Below, one piece after another: positions 1-11,250 of a DNA stretch of 64,000 nt (position 1 is the first letter of the stretch; every line of letters starts with the position of its first letter). Origin of the DNA: an uncultured Bacteroidota bacterium (GTDB lineage: Bacteria > Bacteroidota > Bacteroidia > Bacteroidales > P3). The stretch lies in assembly GCA_902776365.1 (NCBI GenBank), contig CACYPU010000002.1, positions 131,180 to 195,179 on the forward strand, in the 5' to 3' direction. The notes under the pieces were generated by a model, which saw only the letters and a list, made by a program, of their open reading frames with translations, made no database searches and was not told the DNA's origin. A program made the translations under genes and the position numbers.

Positions 1-2514
<2,514 letters not shown>

Positions 2515-2532
2515 TCAGCCTTAGTTACTTGG

Positions 2533-3534
2533 TCACTCTTGGTTGTCGATGTTGAACTGCAGCGTGGCACCGTCTTTGCGCACGTCGATGGTCACAGGGG
2601 CACCCATCACCAACGGCAGGTTCACCTCGTCGTGGCCGGCAGGGAATCCGCAGAGCACGGGAATGTTGTATTTTTCAAAATAGGGTCGTAACATGGCTTC
2701 GACGCTCTCGTAGGAGAATTCTTTCTCGCAGCCAGTAAACTCGCCCAGTATCACCCCCTTGCAACGGTCCAGAACTCCATTCAAAAGGAGCGCGTTGAAC
2801 TGGCGGTCGACATTGCGCATGGGTTCGTCGACTTCTTCGAGGAAGAGAATGATATCATTCCCGAGGGTGGCGTCGGCTTGGGTTCTGAGATTGGGAGCGA
2901 GGGTGCATAGGTTGCCTCCTACCAGTATGCCGCTGGCTTTACCTTCGATGTTCTGTGGATGTGAGGGAATCTCGTAGTGTGGCACGGATCCCATCAGCAA
3001 GTCGCGCATCAGGGTGCTGTTCTTGTCCTTGCCGCCATGTGCCAGGAATTTACCCATGGTGCCGTGGATGCTCATCACGCCGGCACGTGTCAGGAGCCCG
3101 TGCAGCGTGGTGATGTCGCTGAAACCCACAAGCCACTTCGGGTGTGCGGCCCACTCCTCGAGCGGAATTGAGTCAATGTACTGGATTGTGCCGTAGCCGC
3201 CACGGTTGCAGATGATGGCCTTGATGGTGGTGTCGCTCAATGCCCAGCGCAGGTCGCTCACACGCTGCTCCACCGTTCCGGCATACTTCCCTGCATACAG
3301 GCTGTCGACATTGGGACCGATAACGGGCTCCAATCCCCAACCGCGCAGCACCTCGGCGGCCATTTTTACATCCTCTATTGGAACGGAGTAGGAGGGAGAG
3401 AGGAGCGCCACACGGTCGCCCGCCTTCAAGTAAGGAGGTTTCTCGCAGTGGATATTAATGGCATTTTGGCCGAAAAGATTCGTTGTGCAAACCGATGCTA
3501 GCATAAGCACTAAAATAATTGTTCGTTTTATCAT
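2533..3534 (-). CDS. LD-carboxypeptidase (peptidase S66, LdcA/MccF-like), exported
   Basis: 333-aa ORF with a signal peptide. S66 hallmarks are VGFSDITTLH (nucleophile Ser) and C-terminal GFPAGHD. Confidence 0.85.
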   Translation of the reverse strand: MIKRTIILVLMLASVCTTNLFGQNAINIHCEKPPYLKAGDRVALLSPSYSVPIEDVKMAAEVLRGWGLEPVIGPNVDSLYAGKYAGTVEQRVSDLRWALSDTTIKAIICNRGGYGTIQYIDSIPLEEWAAHPKWLVGFSDITTLHGLLTRAGVMSIHGTMGKFLAHGGKDKNSTLMRDLLMGSVPHYEIPSHPQNIEGKASGILVGGNLCTLAPNLRTQADATLGNDIILFLEEVDEPMRNVDRQFNALLLNGVLDRCKGVILGEFTGCEKEFSYESVEAMLRPYFEKYNIPVLCGFPAGHDEVNLPLVMGAPVTIDVRKDGATLQFNIDNQE

Positions 3535-3568
3535 TCTTGATTCTTAACTCTTAATTCTCAATTCTCCA
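3534..3568. repeat. heptanucleotide array (5 units)
   Basis: TTCTTGA TTCTTAA CTCTTAA TTCTCAA TTCTCCA. It fills the whole gap between the start of 2533..3534 and the stop of 3551..4303, and encodes the C-terminal RIEN* of the latter. Confidence 0.9.
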
Positions 3569-4303
3569 AAACACCCCCACTGATCCGTAGATGGGATACA
3601 GCGTCTGTTCCACCGTCTTGAAGTCGCTTTGGAATATGCAGGAGAGACCCCAGTGCAGGTCGGCGGAAAGTCCGAGACGGCTGCTCATCTGCCAGTCCAC
3701 TCCTATGCCCACGCCCCACTGCAGGCTCCGCATGTCGTCGCTGAAGTCGTATGTGGCCCACTCGCCCTCTTTGTTTCCTATCTCGATTTTAGGTCCTGTA
3801 GGGTCGCCTTGGCGCAGGTAGCCGTCGGAGGCAATGCCGCTGAATTCTTTGGAGACCAGCAGCGACACATAAGGACCTAGTCTAAATCGGAAATCGGAAA
3901 TTGATAATTGAAAACTCACCGGTACTGTTAGCATCCACTGGCTCACCTCCTGTGACACATGTCCCCAAAAGAGGCCGCTAATCTGACTGTTGCCTTTTAC
4001 CATCGCCATGCGATAGCCCCTGACTGTCACCTCTGCATCCATGCCTTTGTTTTCGAGACGGATTCCTCCAACCACGGACCACTGCCCTCTGACCACAGGA
4101 ATAGTCATCTCGGCACCAATGCACGGAGAAAATGTCGGTCGGAAGGCATCGATGCTGCGTATCGACGCCGGCAGGGATAGGGGAGAGGTACCCCCGAAGT
4201 TGTAGCCAATCCGCAACCTCACGTCTACACTATCAATCACTCCCGCCCTGACGCCCATCACGCTCATTAATCCAATTAACCCCAACAATAACGCCTTTTT
4301 CAT
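3551..4303 (-). CDS. outer-membrane beta-barrel protein (PorT/OmpA-barrel-like)
   Basis: 250 aa with a signal peptide (MKKALLLGLIGLMSVMGVRA), alternating beta-strand pattern and an aromatic C-terminus. Confidence 0.7.
   Translation of the reverse strand: MKKALLLGLIGLMSVMGVRAGVIDSVDVRLRIGYNFGGTSPLSLPASIRSIDAFRPTFSPCIGAEMTIPVVRGQWSVVGGIRLENKGMDAEVTVRGYRMAMVKGNSQISGLFWGHVSQEVSQWMLTVPVSFQLSISDFRFRLGPYVSLLVSKEFSGIASDGYLRQGDPTGPKIEIGNKEGEWATYDFSDDMRSLQWGVGIGVDWQMSSRLGLSADLHWGLSCIFQSDFKTVEQTLYPIYGSVGVFWRIEN
3884..3918. repeat. heptanucleotide array inside the OMP CDS
   Basis: AAATCGG AAATCGG AAATTGA TAATTGA AAACTCA. It is translated on the minus strand as ..SFQLSISDFRFRL.. Confidence 0.85.
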
Positions 4304-4338
4304 AACTCTTAATTCTTAACTCTTAACTAATCACTCAA
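4304..4338. repeat. heptanucleotide array (5 units)
   Basis: AACTCTT AATTCTT AACTCTT AACTAAT CACTCAA. It begins directly after the start codon of 3551..4303 and runs into the stop of 4331..5524. Confidence 0.9.
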
Positions 4339-5524
4339 ATTCCACTTCCACCTCGTCGATATACAGTGTGCTGCCCACGGCGCCCTCGAAGGTGTCGCCG
4401 TCTTTGCTCGACGAGAAGACCACAGTGAAACTGTAGCCCATGGCGGCGAGAATCTCAGGGTCGGCGGTGCCGCCCTCGAACAGCATCTCGAAATGAGTCC
4501 ACTCGTCGGTGGGCGCAGGCCCGATAATCTGAGCCTTGCTGACGATATACTCGCTGCTCAGCACATTGGTGCCGTTAAGTACCACGGGATTGCCGTTGCT
4601 ATCCTGGTTGCGGTAGAAGACGGCATAGAAATGTGCTTGGTCCACCCGTCCGGCGACCTCCTCCATGTCGACGTTGGTGAACACCTCGCCTGGACGGTAT
4701 TTGTACCAGCCGCACACTTTCTTCGGCTGTCGGTTGGTGGGGAAGCCGAACTCGGTGGCCGCCAATGCATTGGTGAGCACGGCGTTGACGTTGAACTGTC
4801 CCCAGAAGAGGTTGCCTGCGGCGATAGGCTTGCCCATGCTGGCACCCAGTTCTCCTGTCAGTTGTGTGTTCAGGCACACGCCTCGTCCCCGCAACCCATC
4901 GCTTGTCGAATAGGTGGGGAACTGCTCGGGACTCAGTCCTGACTTGATGATGGCCACTCCAGCATTTCCTGAAGCCCAGTAGTGGTAGCGCGTGCCGTTG
5001 GTATCCTCCTCATAGAAAACATGATAGGAACTGCCGTTGCTCACCTCCTGCACCTCTGCGTGCTCAAAGCTGAAGAAGAACGAAGAATCGGAGTTGGCCT
5101 TCTGAAGATAGACGTGGTACGTGCGGCTCCACTCGCCGTCCTCCGAAGTCACCGTGTATGCTACCGGCCCCTGCGAGAAATCCTGAAGCGTGCCGCTCTC
5201 AGGCGTCACCGTTGCCCCGGGACTCAACTCGAAATACACGGGTATCGGCGGCAGACTGTCGACAGAGCGCACCAGGAAAACAATTGTTGTGCTGTTCGAT
5301 GCCACATGCTCTATCCGCATCTGCGAATTCTGGTAAAAGAAACTTGCGTATTCGTCGCCCGCCACCCATGCACTCATAATATCGCACTCACTGTTCTTGG
5401 GCTCCTCCTTGATGCATGAGGTGAAAAAAAAGCAAAGTGAAAGGTGAAAAGCGAGAATCAAACCGACACAAATAATTTTGCGCCAAGTTCTAACCACTGA
5501 CCACTGACTATTGTCTACATTCAT
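4331..5524 (-). CDS. PCMD domain-containing lipoprotein
   Basis: PCMD-like block HYWASGNAGV..AAGNLFWGQFN..FGFPTNRQPKKVCGWYKYRPG. Lipobox ..FFFTSC. The start is trimmed to the ATG at 5524, which lies 21 nt downstream of a TAnnTTTG box. Confidence 0.75.
   Translation of the reverse strand: MNVDNSQWSVVRTWRKIICVGLILAFHLSLCFFFTSCIKEEPKNSECDIMSAWVAGDEYASFFYQNSQMRIEHVASNSTTIVFLVRSVDSLPPIPVYFELSPGATVTPESGTLQDFSQGPVAYTVTSEDGEWSRTYHVYLQKANSDSSFFFSFEHAEVQEVSNGSSYHVFYEEDTNGTRYHYWASGNAGVAIIKSGLSPEQFPTYSTSDGLRGRGVCLNTQLTGELGASMGKPIAAGNLFWGQFNVNAVLTNALAATEFGFPTNRQPKKVCGWYKYRPGEVFTNVDMEEVAGRVDQAHFYAVFYRNQDSNGNPVVLNGTNVLSSEYIVSKAQIIGPAPTDEWTHFEMLFEGGTADPEILAAMGYSFTVVFSSSKDGDTFEGAVGSTLYIDEVEVEFE
5487..5514. 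repeat. heptanucleotide array (4 units) in the 5' end of a CDS
   Basis: GTTCTAA CCACTGA CCACTGA CTATTGT. It encodes N-terminal ..SQWSVVRT.. ahead of the signal peptide. Confidence 0.75.
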
Positions 5525-5544
5525 ATTTTCCCATTTTCTGACTG

Positions 5545-5552
5545 CAAAAATA
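5545..5552 (-). promoter_or_regulatory. Bacteroidota -7 box TAnnTTTG
   Basis: Minus-strand TATTTTTG upstream of the 5524 start. Confidence 0.6.
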
Positions 5553-5606
5553 CGCATTATTTTCGAAATGGAAAAAACTTTTTTTGCTCATGTCGCAAAA
5601 AAGTCG

Positions 5607-5614
5607 TAATTTTG
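5607..5614 (+). promoter_or_regulatory. Bacteroidota -7 box TAnnTTTG
   Basis: TAATTTTG lies 32 nt upstream of the ATG at 5646. Confidence 0.6.
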
Positions 5615-5645
5615 CAGTTTGTAATCCCAATATATCATATAAGCA

Positions 5646-6515
5646 ATGAAACACACCATACTCCCGCTCTTCATCGCCGCAGCCCTCATGACCGCCTGCG
5701 GTGGCAAAAACAAACCCAGTGAGGAAGCCAAGCCTCAGGATTCGCTCCAGGAGCCTCTCATGGAGTCGGTATCGATGGTAAAAGAGTTCAGAACCTTCAC
5801 CGTCTCCGACTGCCTCTGTTTCGTCGTCAACGAACCCGACCCCTTCGAACCCGAATATGCAACCACCGGCGTCAAAGACGAATTCTCCATCGCCTGGCCG
5901 GAGGATGGCATGATGTCCGACAGGGCCATGAAGGAACTTATGTCGCACTACTTCGGCCCCGATGCCTCCATCGATATCAAGCGGGCCGTGAACAACTGGC
6001 GCCAAAAGACCATCGCGGAATACGGCAACCCCGTCAAGAAAATTGACGAGAACCGCTCCTTCAGCTATTCCGAGATGAACAGCACCTGCCGTCAGGACAG
6101 CAACCTCGCCACCTTCATCATCAACTATGGCAACTATAATATCGGTGCCGCCCACGGCATGTACGCCCTCCAGTATGTCACCGTCGATGTCGAGACCGGC
6201 GACATCATCCACCTTCAGGATCTCATCGACACCACACGCCTCGGCTATGCCGTCGCCCGCGCCATTCAGGACCTCGATGTCAACAGCGACACCCGCGACT
6301 GCCTCTTCGACGAATACCAGAACGTCAACGTGATGCCAGTCAACCCCAACTTCTTCATCGACAGCACCCGCAGCTCCATCAATGTTGTCTACGACCTCTA
6401 CGAAATCACCCCCTACTGCTGCGGCATCCAGACCGTCTCTCTCCCTGTCCGCTGGCTTACCAGATACATCACCCTCACTCCTTATGCCAAGCGCCTCTTC
6501 GGCCTCGCCAACTAG
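5646..6515 (+). CDS. DUF3298 (RsiV/PdaC C-terminal-like) lipoprotein
   Basis: Lipobox LMTACGG. Also NIGAAHGMY..TGDIIHLQDLID and YEITPYCCGIQTVSLP, which are typical of DUF3298. Confidence 0.7.
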   Translation: MKHTILPLFIAAALMTACGGKNKPSEEAKPQDSLQEPLMESVSMVKEFRTFTVSDCLCFVVNEPDPFEPEYATTGVKDEFSIAWPEDGMMSDRAMKELMSHYFGPDASIDIKRAVNNWRQKTIAEYGNPVKKIDENRSFSYSEMNSTCRQDSNLATFIINYGNYNIGAAHGMYALQYVTVDVETGDIIHLQDLIDTTRLGYAVARAIQDLDVNSDTRDCLFDEYQNVNVMPVNPNFFIDSTRSSINVVYDLYEITPYCCGIQTVSLPVRWLTRYITLTPYAKRLFGLAN

Positions 6516-6543
6516 CCTTTGAATCTATCAAAAATAATATACT

Positions 6544-8001
6544 ATGAAACAAGACGTACTAAAAGGCCTCAAACCTGCCCGTGTGTGGCACTGGTTTGGG
6601 GAAATCATGCAGATTCCGCGTCCCTCCAAGCACGAGGAGCGCATCTCCGCCTACCTCGTCAACTGGGGCAAGGAACATGGACTCGAAACCAAATCCGACA
6701 AACTCGGCAACGTCCTCATCCGCAAGCCCGCCACCAAGGGCTACGAGAAATCGCCCATGGTCTGCCTCCAGGCCCACATGGACATGGTCTGCGAGAAAAA
6801 CTCCAACAAGAAGTTCAACTTCATGACCGACCCCATCCAGCCCCTCCTCGACGGTGAGTGGCTCACCGCCGACGGCACCACCCTCGGTGCCGACGACGGC
6901 ATCGGCGTCGCCGCCATCCTCGCCATCCTCGAGGACAAGAAGATTGCCCACCCCGCACTCGAGGCCCTCATCACCGTCGACGAGGAGACAGGCCTCACTG
7001 GCGCCAGCGGCCTCAGCAAGAACTGGCTCAAGAGCGAGATTCTCCTCAACTTCGACGACGAGGACGAGGGCGAATACTGCATTGGCTGCGCCGGCGGCAT
7101 CGACACCATCGTCGAGATGGACTATAAGCAGGTGCCCGTCGCCAAAGGCCACAAGGCCTTCCGCCTCCATGTCTCCGGCCTCAAGGGAGGCCACAGCGGC
7201 GACGACATCAACCGCGGCCGCGGTTGCGCCAACAAACTCATCAATCGCATCCTTTGGGAAGGTACCTACAAATACGGCATGCGCCTCGCCACCATCGACG
7301 GCGGCAATCTCCGCAATGCCATCGCCCGCGAGGCAGTGGCTGTCGTCACCGTCCCCGAGGACGTTATCCGCGCCTTTAAGACAATGGTCACCCGTATGGG
7401 CAAGGCCATGCAGTTCGAATTCCGCTCCACCGAGCCCGACCTCAAGTTCGAGCTCAAGAGCGTCGACATGCCCAAGAAACTCATCGACAAGGAGTCTCAG
7501 GAACGCCTCGTCAACGTCATCTATGCCTGCGCCCACGGCGTCCTGGCTATGAGCCGCGAAATCGAGAACTTCGTCGAGACCTCCACCAATCTCGCATCCA
7601 TCAAGATGCAGGATAGCACCATCCACATCGCCACCTCCCAGCGCAGCTCTGTCGAAAGTGCCAAACTCGCCGCCGCCGCCAAAATCGAGAGCACTTTCCG
7701 CCTCGCCGGCTGCCGCGTCAAGCACTCCGACGGCTATCCCGGATGGACCCCCAACCCCGACAGCCGTGTCCTCAAGGTCGGCGTCGAGGTCTACAAGAAG
7801 ATGTACGGCCGCGAGCCCATCGTACGCGCAATCCACGCCGGTCTCGAATGTGGCCTCATCGGCGAGAAGTATCCCAAGATGGACATGATTTCCTACGGTC
7901 CCACCCTCCGCGGTGTCCACAGTCCCGACGAGCGCATCGAAATCCGCACCGTCGAGATGTTCTGGAACCAGACCCTCGAAATCCTCAAGAAGCTTAAATA
8001 G
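6544..8001 (+). CDS. pepD: aminoacyl-histidine dipeptidase (M20 family, PepD)
   Basis: 485 aa with M20 motifs HMDMV, ADDGIGVA and DEETGLTGA. Confidence 0.9.
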   Translation: MKQDVLKGLKPARVWHWFGEIMQIPRPSKHEERISAYLVNWGKEHGLETKSDKLGNVLIRKPATKGYEKSPMVCLQAHMDMVCEKNSNKKFNFMTDPIQPLLDGEWLTADGTTLGADDGIGVAAILAILEDKKIAHPALEALITVDEETGLTGASGLSKNWLKSEILLNFDDEDEGEYCIGCAGGIDTIVEMDYKQVPVAKGHKAFRLHVSGLKGGHSGDDINRGRGCANKLINRILWEGTYKYGMRLATIDGGNLRNAIAREAVAVVTVPEDVIRAFKTMVTRMGKAMQFEFRSTEPDLKFELKSVDMPKKLIDKESQERLVNVIYACAHGVLAMSREIENFVETSTNLASIKMQDSTIHIATSQRSSVESAKLAAAAKIESTFRLAGCRVKHSDGYPGWTPNPDSRVLKVGVEVYKKMYGREPIVRAIHAGLECGLIGEKYPKMDMISYGPTLRGVHSPDERIEIRTVEMFWNQTLEILKKLK

Positions 8002-8020
8002 CGTTTGAGCATTAAACGTA

Positions 8021-8058
8021 ATCAGGGCGCTGGATATCCAGCGCCCTGATTTGTTTTT
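8021..8058 (+). terminator. intrinsic terminator after pepD
   Basis: 13-bp stem ATCAGGGCGCTGG/CCAGCGCCCTGAT followed by TTGTTTTT. Confidence 0.75.
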
Positions 8059-8066
8059 ACAGTTGT

Positions 8067-8098
8067 AAAAAAAAACCTCCCGATTGGGAGGCTTTTTA
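8067..8098 (-). terminator. intrinsic terminator (A-run/T-run flanked, possibly bidirectional)
   Basis: Stem CCTCCC/GGGAGG flanked by A9 and T5. It lies downstream of minus-strand gene 8119..8601. Confidence 0.65.
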
Positions 8099-8118
8099 AT
8101 GATACCGATGCTCGGTTC

Positions 8119-8601
8119 TTATTTTCCGAAGCGGTAGCGGATGCCGAGGGCGATGTCACCCCAGTGGAAGCTCGTGTTGGGGATGAGCCAGAAGTTGGGG
8201 CGGATGTCCAGCGTCAGCTGCAGCGGGAAGTCGAAGTTGTACTCGATACCGGCTTGACCGACAAGAGCGAGGGCGACGTCGGATTTGTTGCCATCGTGCT
8301 CGTGACCTGCTTCATAGCTCCAGAAAGCCAAGCGTGCACCGAAGCCAGCATACCAGCTGAATCCGCTTCCAATGTCGCCAGTCCACTGGTAGACACCAGT
8401 GAGGCTCAGGTTCGAATGGTGGTCGTGGTTGCCCCAGCCAAGGTCGGTCTCGAGACGGTTGCCACCGAGGCCCCACATGGCGGAGAGTTCAGCGCCGTAG
8501 CCCTGGCCACCGCCGATACGGGCGCCAAGGTCCTGAATCTGTGCATTAGCCATCGTGCTCATGGCAAAAATTGCCACAACAGTTAATAGGATTTTCTTCA
8601 T
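8119..8601 (-). CDS. small outer-membrane beta-barrel protein
   Basis: 160 aa with a signal peptide (..MSTMANA), Gly/aromatic-rich strands and a C-terminal ..RYRFGK. Confidence 0.7.
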   Translation of the reverse strand: MKKILLTVVAIFAMSTMANAQIQDLGARIGGGQGYGAELSAMWGLGGNRLETDLGWGNHDHHSNLSLTGVYQWTGDIGSGFSWYAGFGARLAFWSYEAGHEHDGNKSDVALALVGQAGIEYNFDFPLQLTLDIRPNFWLIPNTSFHWGDIALGIRYRFGK

Positions 8602-8665
8602 TGTGTGTTGGTTTTTAATGTGTTATTAAAATATTGTTTAAAATATTGTTTTCTTTTTATAAATG

Positions 8666-8673
8666 CAAATATA
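8666..8673 (-). promoter_or_regulatory. -7 box TAnnTTTG
   Basis: Minus-strand TATATTTG upstream of 8601. Confidence 0.55.
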
Positions 8674-8719
8674 CACTTTTTCTGCAAATTATGTAAAAAA
8701 ATGTTAATTTTTAACTTTT

Positions 8720-9133
8720 CTACTTGAAAAAATCGAAGAAGAAGTACAAGGCGGCGTATCTCTGTGGCACTCCTTTGGCAGAGCCTATGCTGCTATTGTT
8801 GCTGTTGCGGACGGTGCCGTCGCTTTCCACCTTGCCTATCTGGCTGTTATTGCTGTTACGGACGGTGCCGTCGCTCTCTATTTTGCCAATATGTCTACCC
8901 GAACGGTCACGGACGGTGCCGTCGCTTTCGAGTTTGCCTATTTGAGCGCCGTTGCTGTTGCGGATGACGCCGTCGCTCTGGATGTTGCCAATCTTAAAAT
9001 GGTTGCTGCTGCGGACGGTTCCGTCGCTCTCGATGGTGGCAATGGCGGCGTTGTTGCTGTTTCGGATAGTCTGTGCCTGCCCCGTGGACAATAGGCATAG
9101 AATAAAGAATACAATGTAAAATAGACGTTTCAT
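8720..9133 (-). CDS. secreted tandem-repeat protein (6 x 17-aa units)
   Basis: The start is trimmed to MKRLFYIVFFILCLLSTGQAQ (ATG at 9133). The mature part consists of TVRNSNNSQIGKVESDG-type repeats. Confidence 0.7.
   Translation of the reverse strand: MKRLFYIVFFILCLLSTGQAQTIRNSNNAAIATIESDGTVRSSNHFKIGNIQSDGVIRNSNGAQIGKLESDGTVRDRSGRHIGKIESDGTVRNSNNSQIGKVESDGTVRNSNNSSIGSAKGVPQRYAALYFFFDFFK
8765..9070 (-). repeat. 51-nt coding tandem repeat, about 6 copies
   Basis: The recurring peptide unit [TV][IV]R.S[NG]...IG.[IL][EQ]SDG was read directly from the ORF. Confidence 0.8.
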
Positions 9134-9175
9134 TGTTCTGTCTTTCCCCCAATAACGTAAAACCGACCGAAATAT

Positions 9176-9209
9176 TGTACAAAAGCAGGTTGCGTTTGGC
9201 AACCTGCTT
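9176..9209 (-). terminator. intrinsic terminator downstream of tRNA-Met
   Basis: 11-bp stem AAGCAGGTTGC/GCAACCTGCTT followed by TTTTGT on the minus strand. Confidence 0.75.
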
Positions 9210-9218
9210 GTCTGATTT

Positions 9219-9293
<75 letters not shown>

Positions 9294-9362
9294 CTCTTTA
9301 TTTCATCAAAAGAACCCTAAAGTTCATTCGCTGTCGCTCATGTTCTTTTGCGAAATCGGGTG

Positions 9363-9370
9363 CAAAAGTA
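9363..9370 (-). promoter_or_regulatory. -7 box TAnnTTTG for tRNA-Met
   Basis: Minus-strand GTTCGTACTTTTGCACCC. The same context occurs at the tRNA-Ser promoter. Confidence 0.55.
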
Positions 9371-9414
9371 CGAACTTTTTCCCAATCTACCAAATTTTTC
9401 TTTAATTTATTTTT

Positions 9415-11244
9415 CTATAGCTTGATAATTCGGCTCTTATAAAGGGTACCTTTGGTGAGTATCTGCACGGTGTAGGTGCCTGCCGGGAGGCGCTCGAGCG
9501 AGATTTTGGCCTTCCCTCCAACGCTCTCTTTCTGTATCACGACGCGGCCCCAGTTGTCGATAACGGTGATGGTGATGGCATCGGCATCATCGACGGAGAT
9601 GTTGACGTATTCGCTTGCGAGGGTGGGCCAGACGGAGAGTCTCTCTTTCTCGGGGGCTTCGATGTCAACGGATGCAGTGGTGTCGATCCAGAGGGCGTAG
9701 AAGGTGGGGTTGTTGTTGAACCAGGCCATCTCACCAGGCTGGTAGATGATGTCGTTGCCATCGCGGTTGCGGCACCAGCCAGTGAACATGCAGTTGGCTT
9801 TGGTGAAGGTGCAGGGGGGGAAGGTGAAGCCGGTGGCGGGACAATAGGGTTGCATATTGGCCATTTCACCGTTGTTGGGGTTGAGGTAGACTTTTTTCTT
9901 CTGGATGACTTTCAGGTGGTAGCGGAAGACGGTGTCGAGGTGATGGAGGAGGGTGTCGCGGTCTTTTACGTTGTACACCAAGAGGTTGTAGTCGCGGAAC
10001 TGGACGTATTGGGTGCCATCGCAGATGGAGTCCAGATAGTCGACGGTGTCGAATACCTCGGTATATGCGGGATGGATGTTGTAGATGATGCCTTGGTTTA
10101 GGTTGAAGGTGTAGGTGGCGTTGCCGCCAATGAGACCGCCGCCGTTGCGTGGACCGAGATCGTTGATGGAGTAGAAGCCGTCGCCGAAGCCGCCCCAACC
10201 CCAGTTGAAGTGATAATGCCCTGCGGTGTCGGCGCCGTCGAGGACGAAGGCGTGGCCACCGGTGGAGTCGGAGCCGTGGTAATAGACCGGACGGCCATTT
10301 TCGACTTCGTTGTCTAGGATGGCAGTCCAGGCTTCGTCGCTAATGCCGTAGCGGTGGGCGAATTGGATGGAGGAGTCGTATTTGAAGTAATCGACGAAGG
10401 CGCTGACGGCACAATGGCTGGTCCAGGGACCGCATTCGGAGTAGGCTCCGCTGCCGCCTTCGGCGCTGGTGCCATACATCATCTCGACGGCTACGCCGCA
10501 ATGGAAGGAGATGGTGGCAGTGGCGTCGACTTCGGCTTCCTGTGAGTATTCGTTGCAGATGTTGGGCATGATGTGCCAGAGGTAGGATGTGTTCCCGAAG
10601 TCGGCGCTGATGTCGCCGTAGTAGCGGTAGTGGTAGGTGTGGCTGCCTTGACCATAGGCAGGGTATTGCCAGTAGCGCATAATCTGTGCCATAGCGGTGG
10701 CGACGCAGCCGACGACGGCGTGGCCGCCGTGCACCGAGTCGTAGGGGCAGAACTTGTTGTAGTAGGGACTCTGGTTCCAGCGCGTGGTCATCAGGGCTGG
10801 GACGGCTAGCGTGGTGCTTACTGGCTCATCGGGAGCAGCCGCAGTGAGCAATGGCTGCCACTGTTTGTTGCTTTCGGCATCGACCCCGGGAGTCTCAGTG
10901 TTCCATCTGGACAGCTGGGCCTCGTAGCCACGCAGCCAGTAGCCGAGTTCAGGATTGAGTTCCTCGGGGAAGGTGCTGTTGAACGAGTAGGCAAGGATGG
11001 GCTGCACCCTGAGGTCGCCGGAGACGATGACGAAACCCTCGCCGTTGATGTCGAAGATGTGCATGTGCTCTATCTCGGAGAAGGAGAGGGTGGAGAGCAC
11101 GGTGGCGGGCTTGACGTCGGTGGAACGGTAACTGTTCCAGAAATTGGTCGCCACGAGCCTCGCCGTTTCCTCATTCACGGTTTGGGAATGGGCTCCTGCC
11201 GCAAAGGTAAAGAGGGCGGCTATCAGTAAGATTATTCTTTTCAT
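9415..11244 (-). CDS. C10 family cysteine peptidase (streptopain-like) with T9SS C-terminal sorting domain
   Basis: Signal peptide and an N-terminal Spi-inhibitor-like prodomain. The catalytic Cys context is QSPYYNKFCP..VVGCVATAMAQIMRYW. It also has a Listeria-Bacteroides repeat-like segment (FTGWCRNRDG) and a C-terminal CTD (..AGTYTVQILTKGTLYKSRIIKL). Confidence 0.85.
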   Translation of the reverse strand: MKRIILLIAALFTFAAGAHSQTVNEETARLVATNFWNSYRSTDVKPATVLSTLSFSEIEHMHIFDINGEGFVIVSGDLRVQPILAYSFNSTFPEELNPELGYWLRGYEAQLSRWNTETPGVDAESNKQWQPLLTAAAPDEPVSTTLAVPALMTTRWNQSPYYNKFCPYDSVHGGHAVVGCVATAMAQIMRYWQYPAYGQGSHTYHYRYYGDISADFGNTSYLWHIMPNICNEYSQEAEVDATATISFHCGVAVEMMYGTSAEGGSGAYSECGPWTSHCAVSAFVDYFKYDSSIQFAHRYGISDEAWTAILDNEVENGRPVYYHGSDSTGGHAFVLDGADTAGHYHFNWGWGGFGDGFYSINDLGPRNGGGLIGGNATYTFNLNQGIIYNIHPAYTEVFDTVDYLDSICDGTQYVQFRDYNLLVYNVKDRDTLLHHLDTVFRYHLKVIQKKKVYLNPNNGEMANMQPYCPATGFTFPPCTFTKANCMFTGWCRNRDGNDIIYQPGEMAWFNNNPTFYALWIDTTASVDIEAPEKERLSVWPTLASEYVNISVDDADAITITVIDNWGRVVIQKESVGGKAKISLERLPAGTYTVQILTKGTLYKSRIIKL

Positions 11245-11250
11245 CGGTCG

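Noticed and set aside
6559-7920. 453-aa minus-strand ORF antisense to pepD (and the nested ORFs 6854..7552 and 6741..7109)
   Set aside because: It lies fully inside a confidently identified M20 dipeptidase gene. Its product is a low-complexity Gly/Ala/Asp/Val/Glu string with no motifs. This is a typical shadow ORF of a GC3-rich gene.
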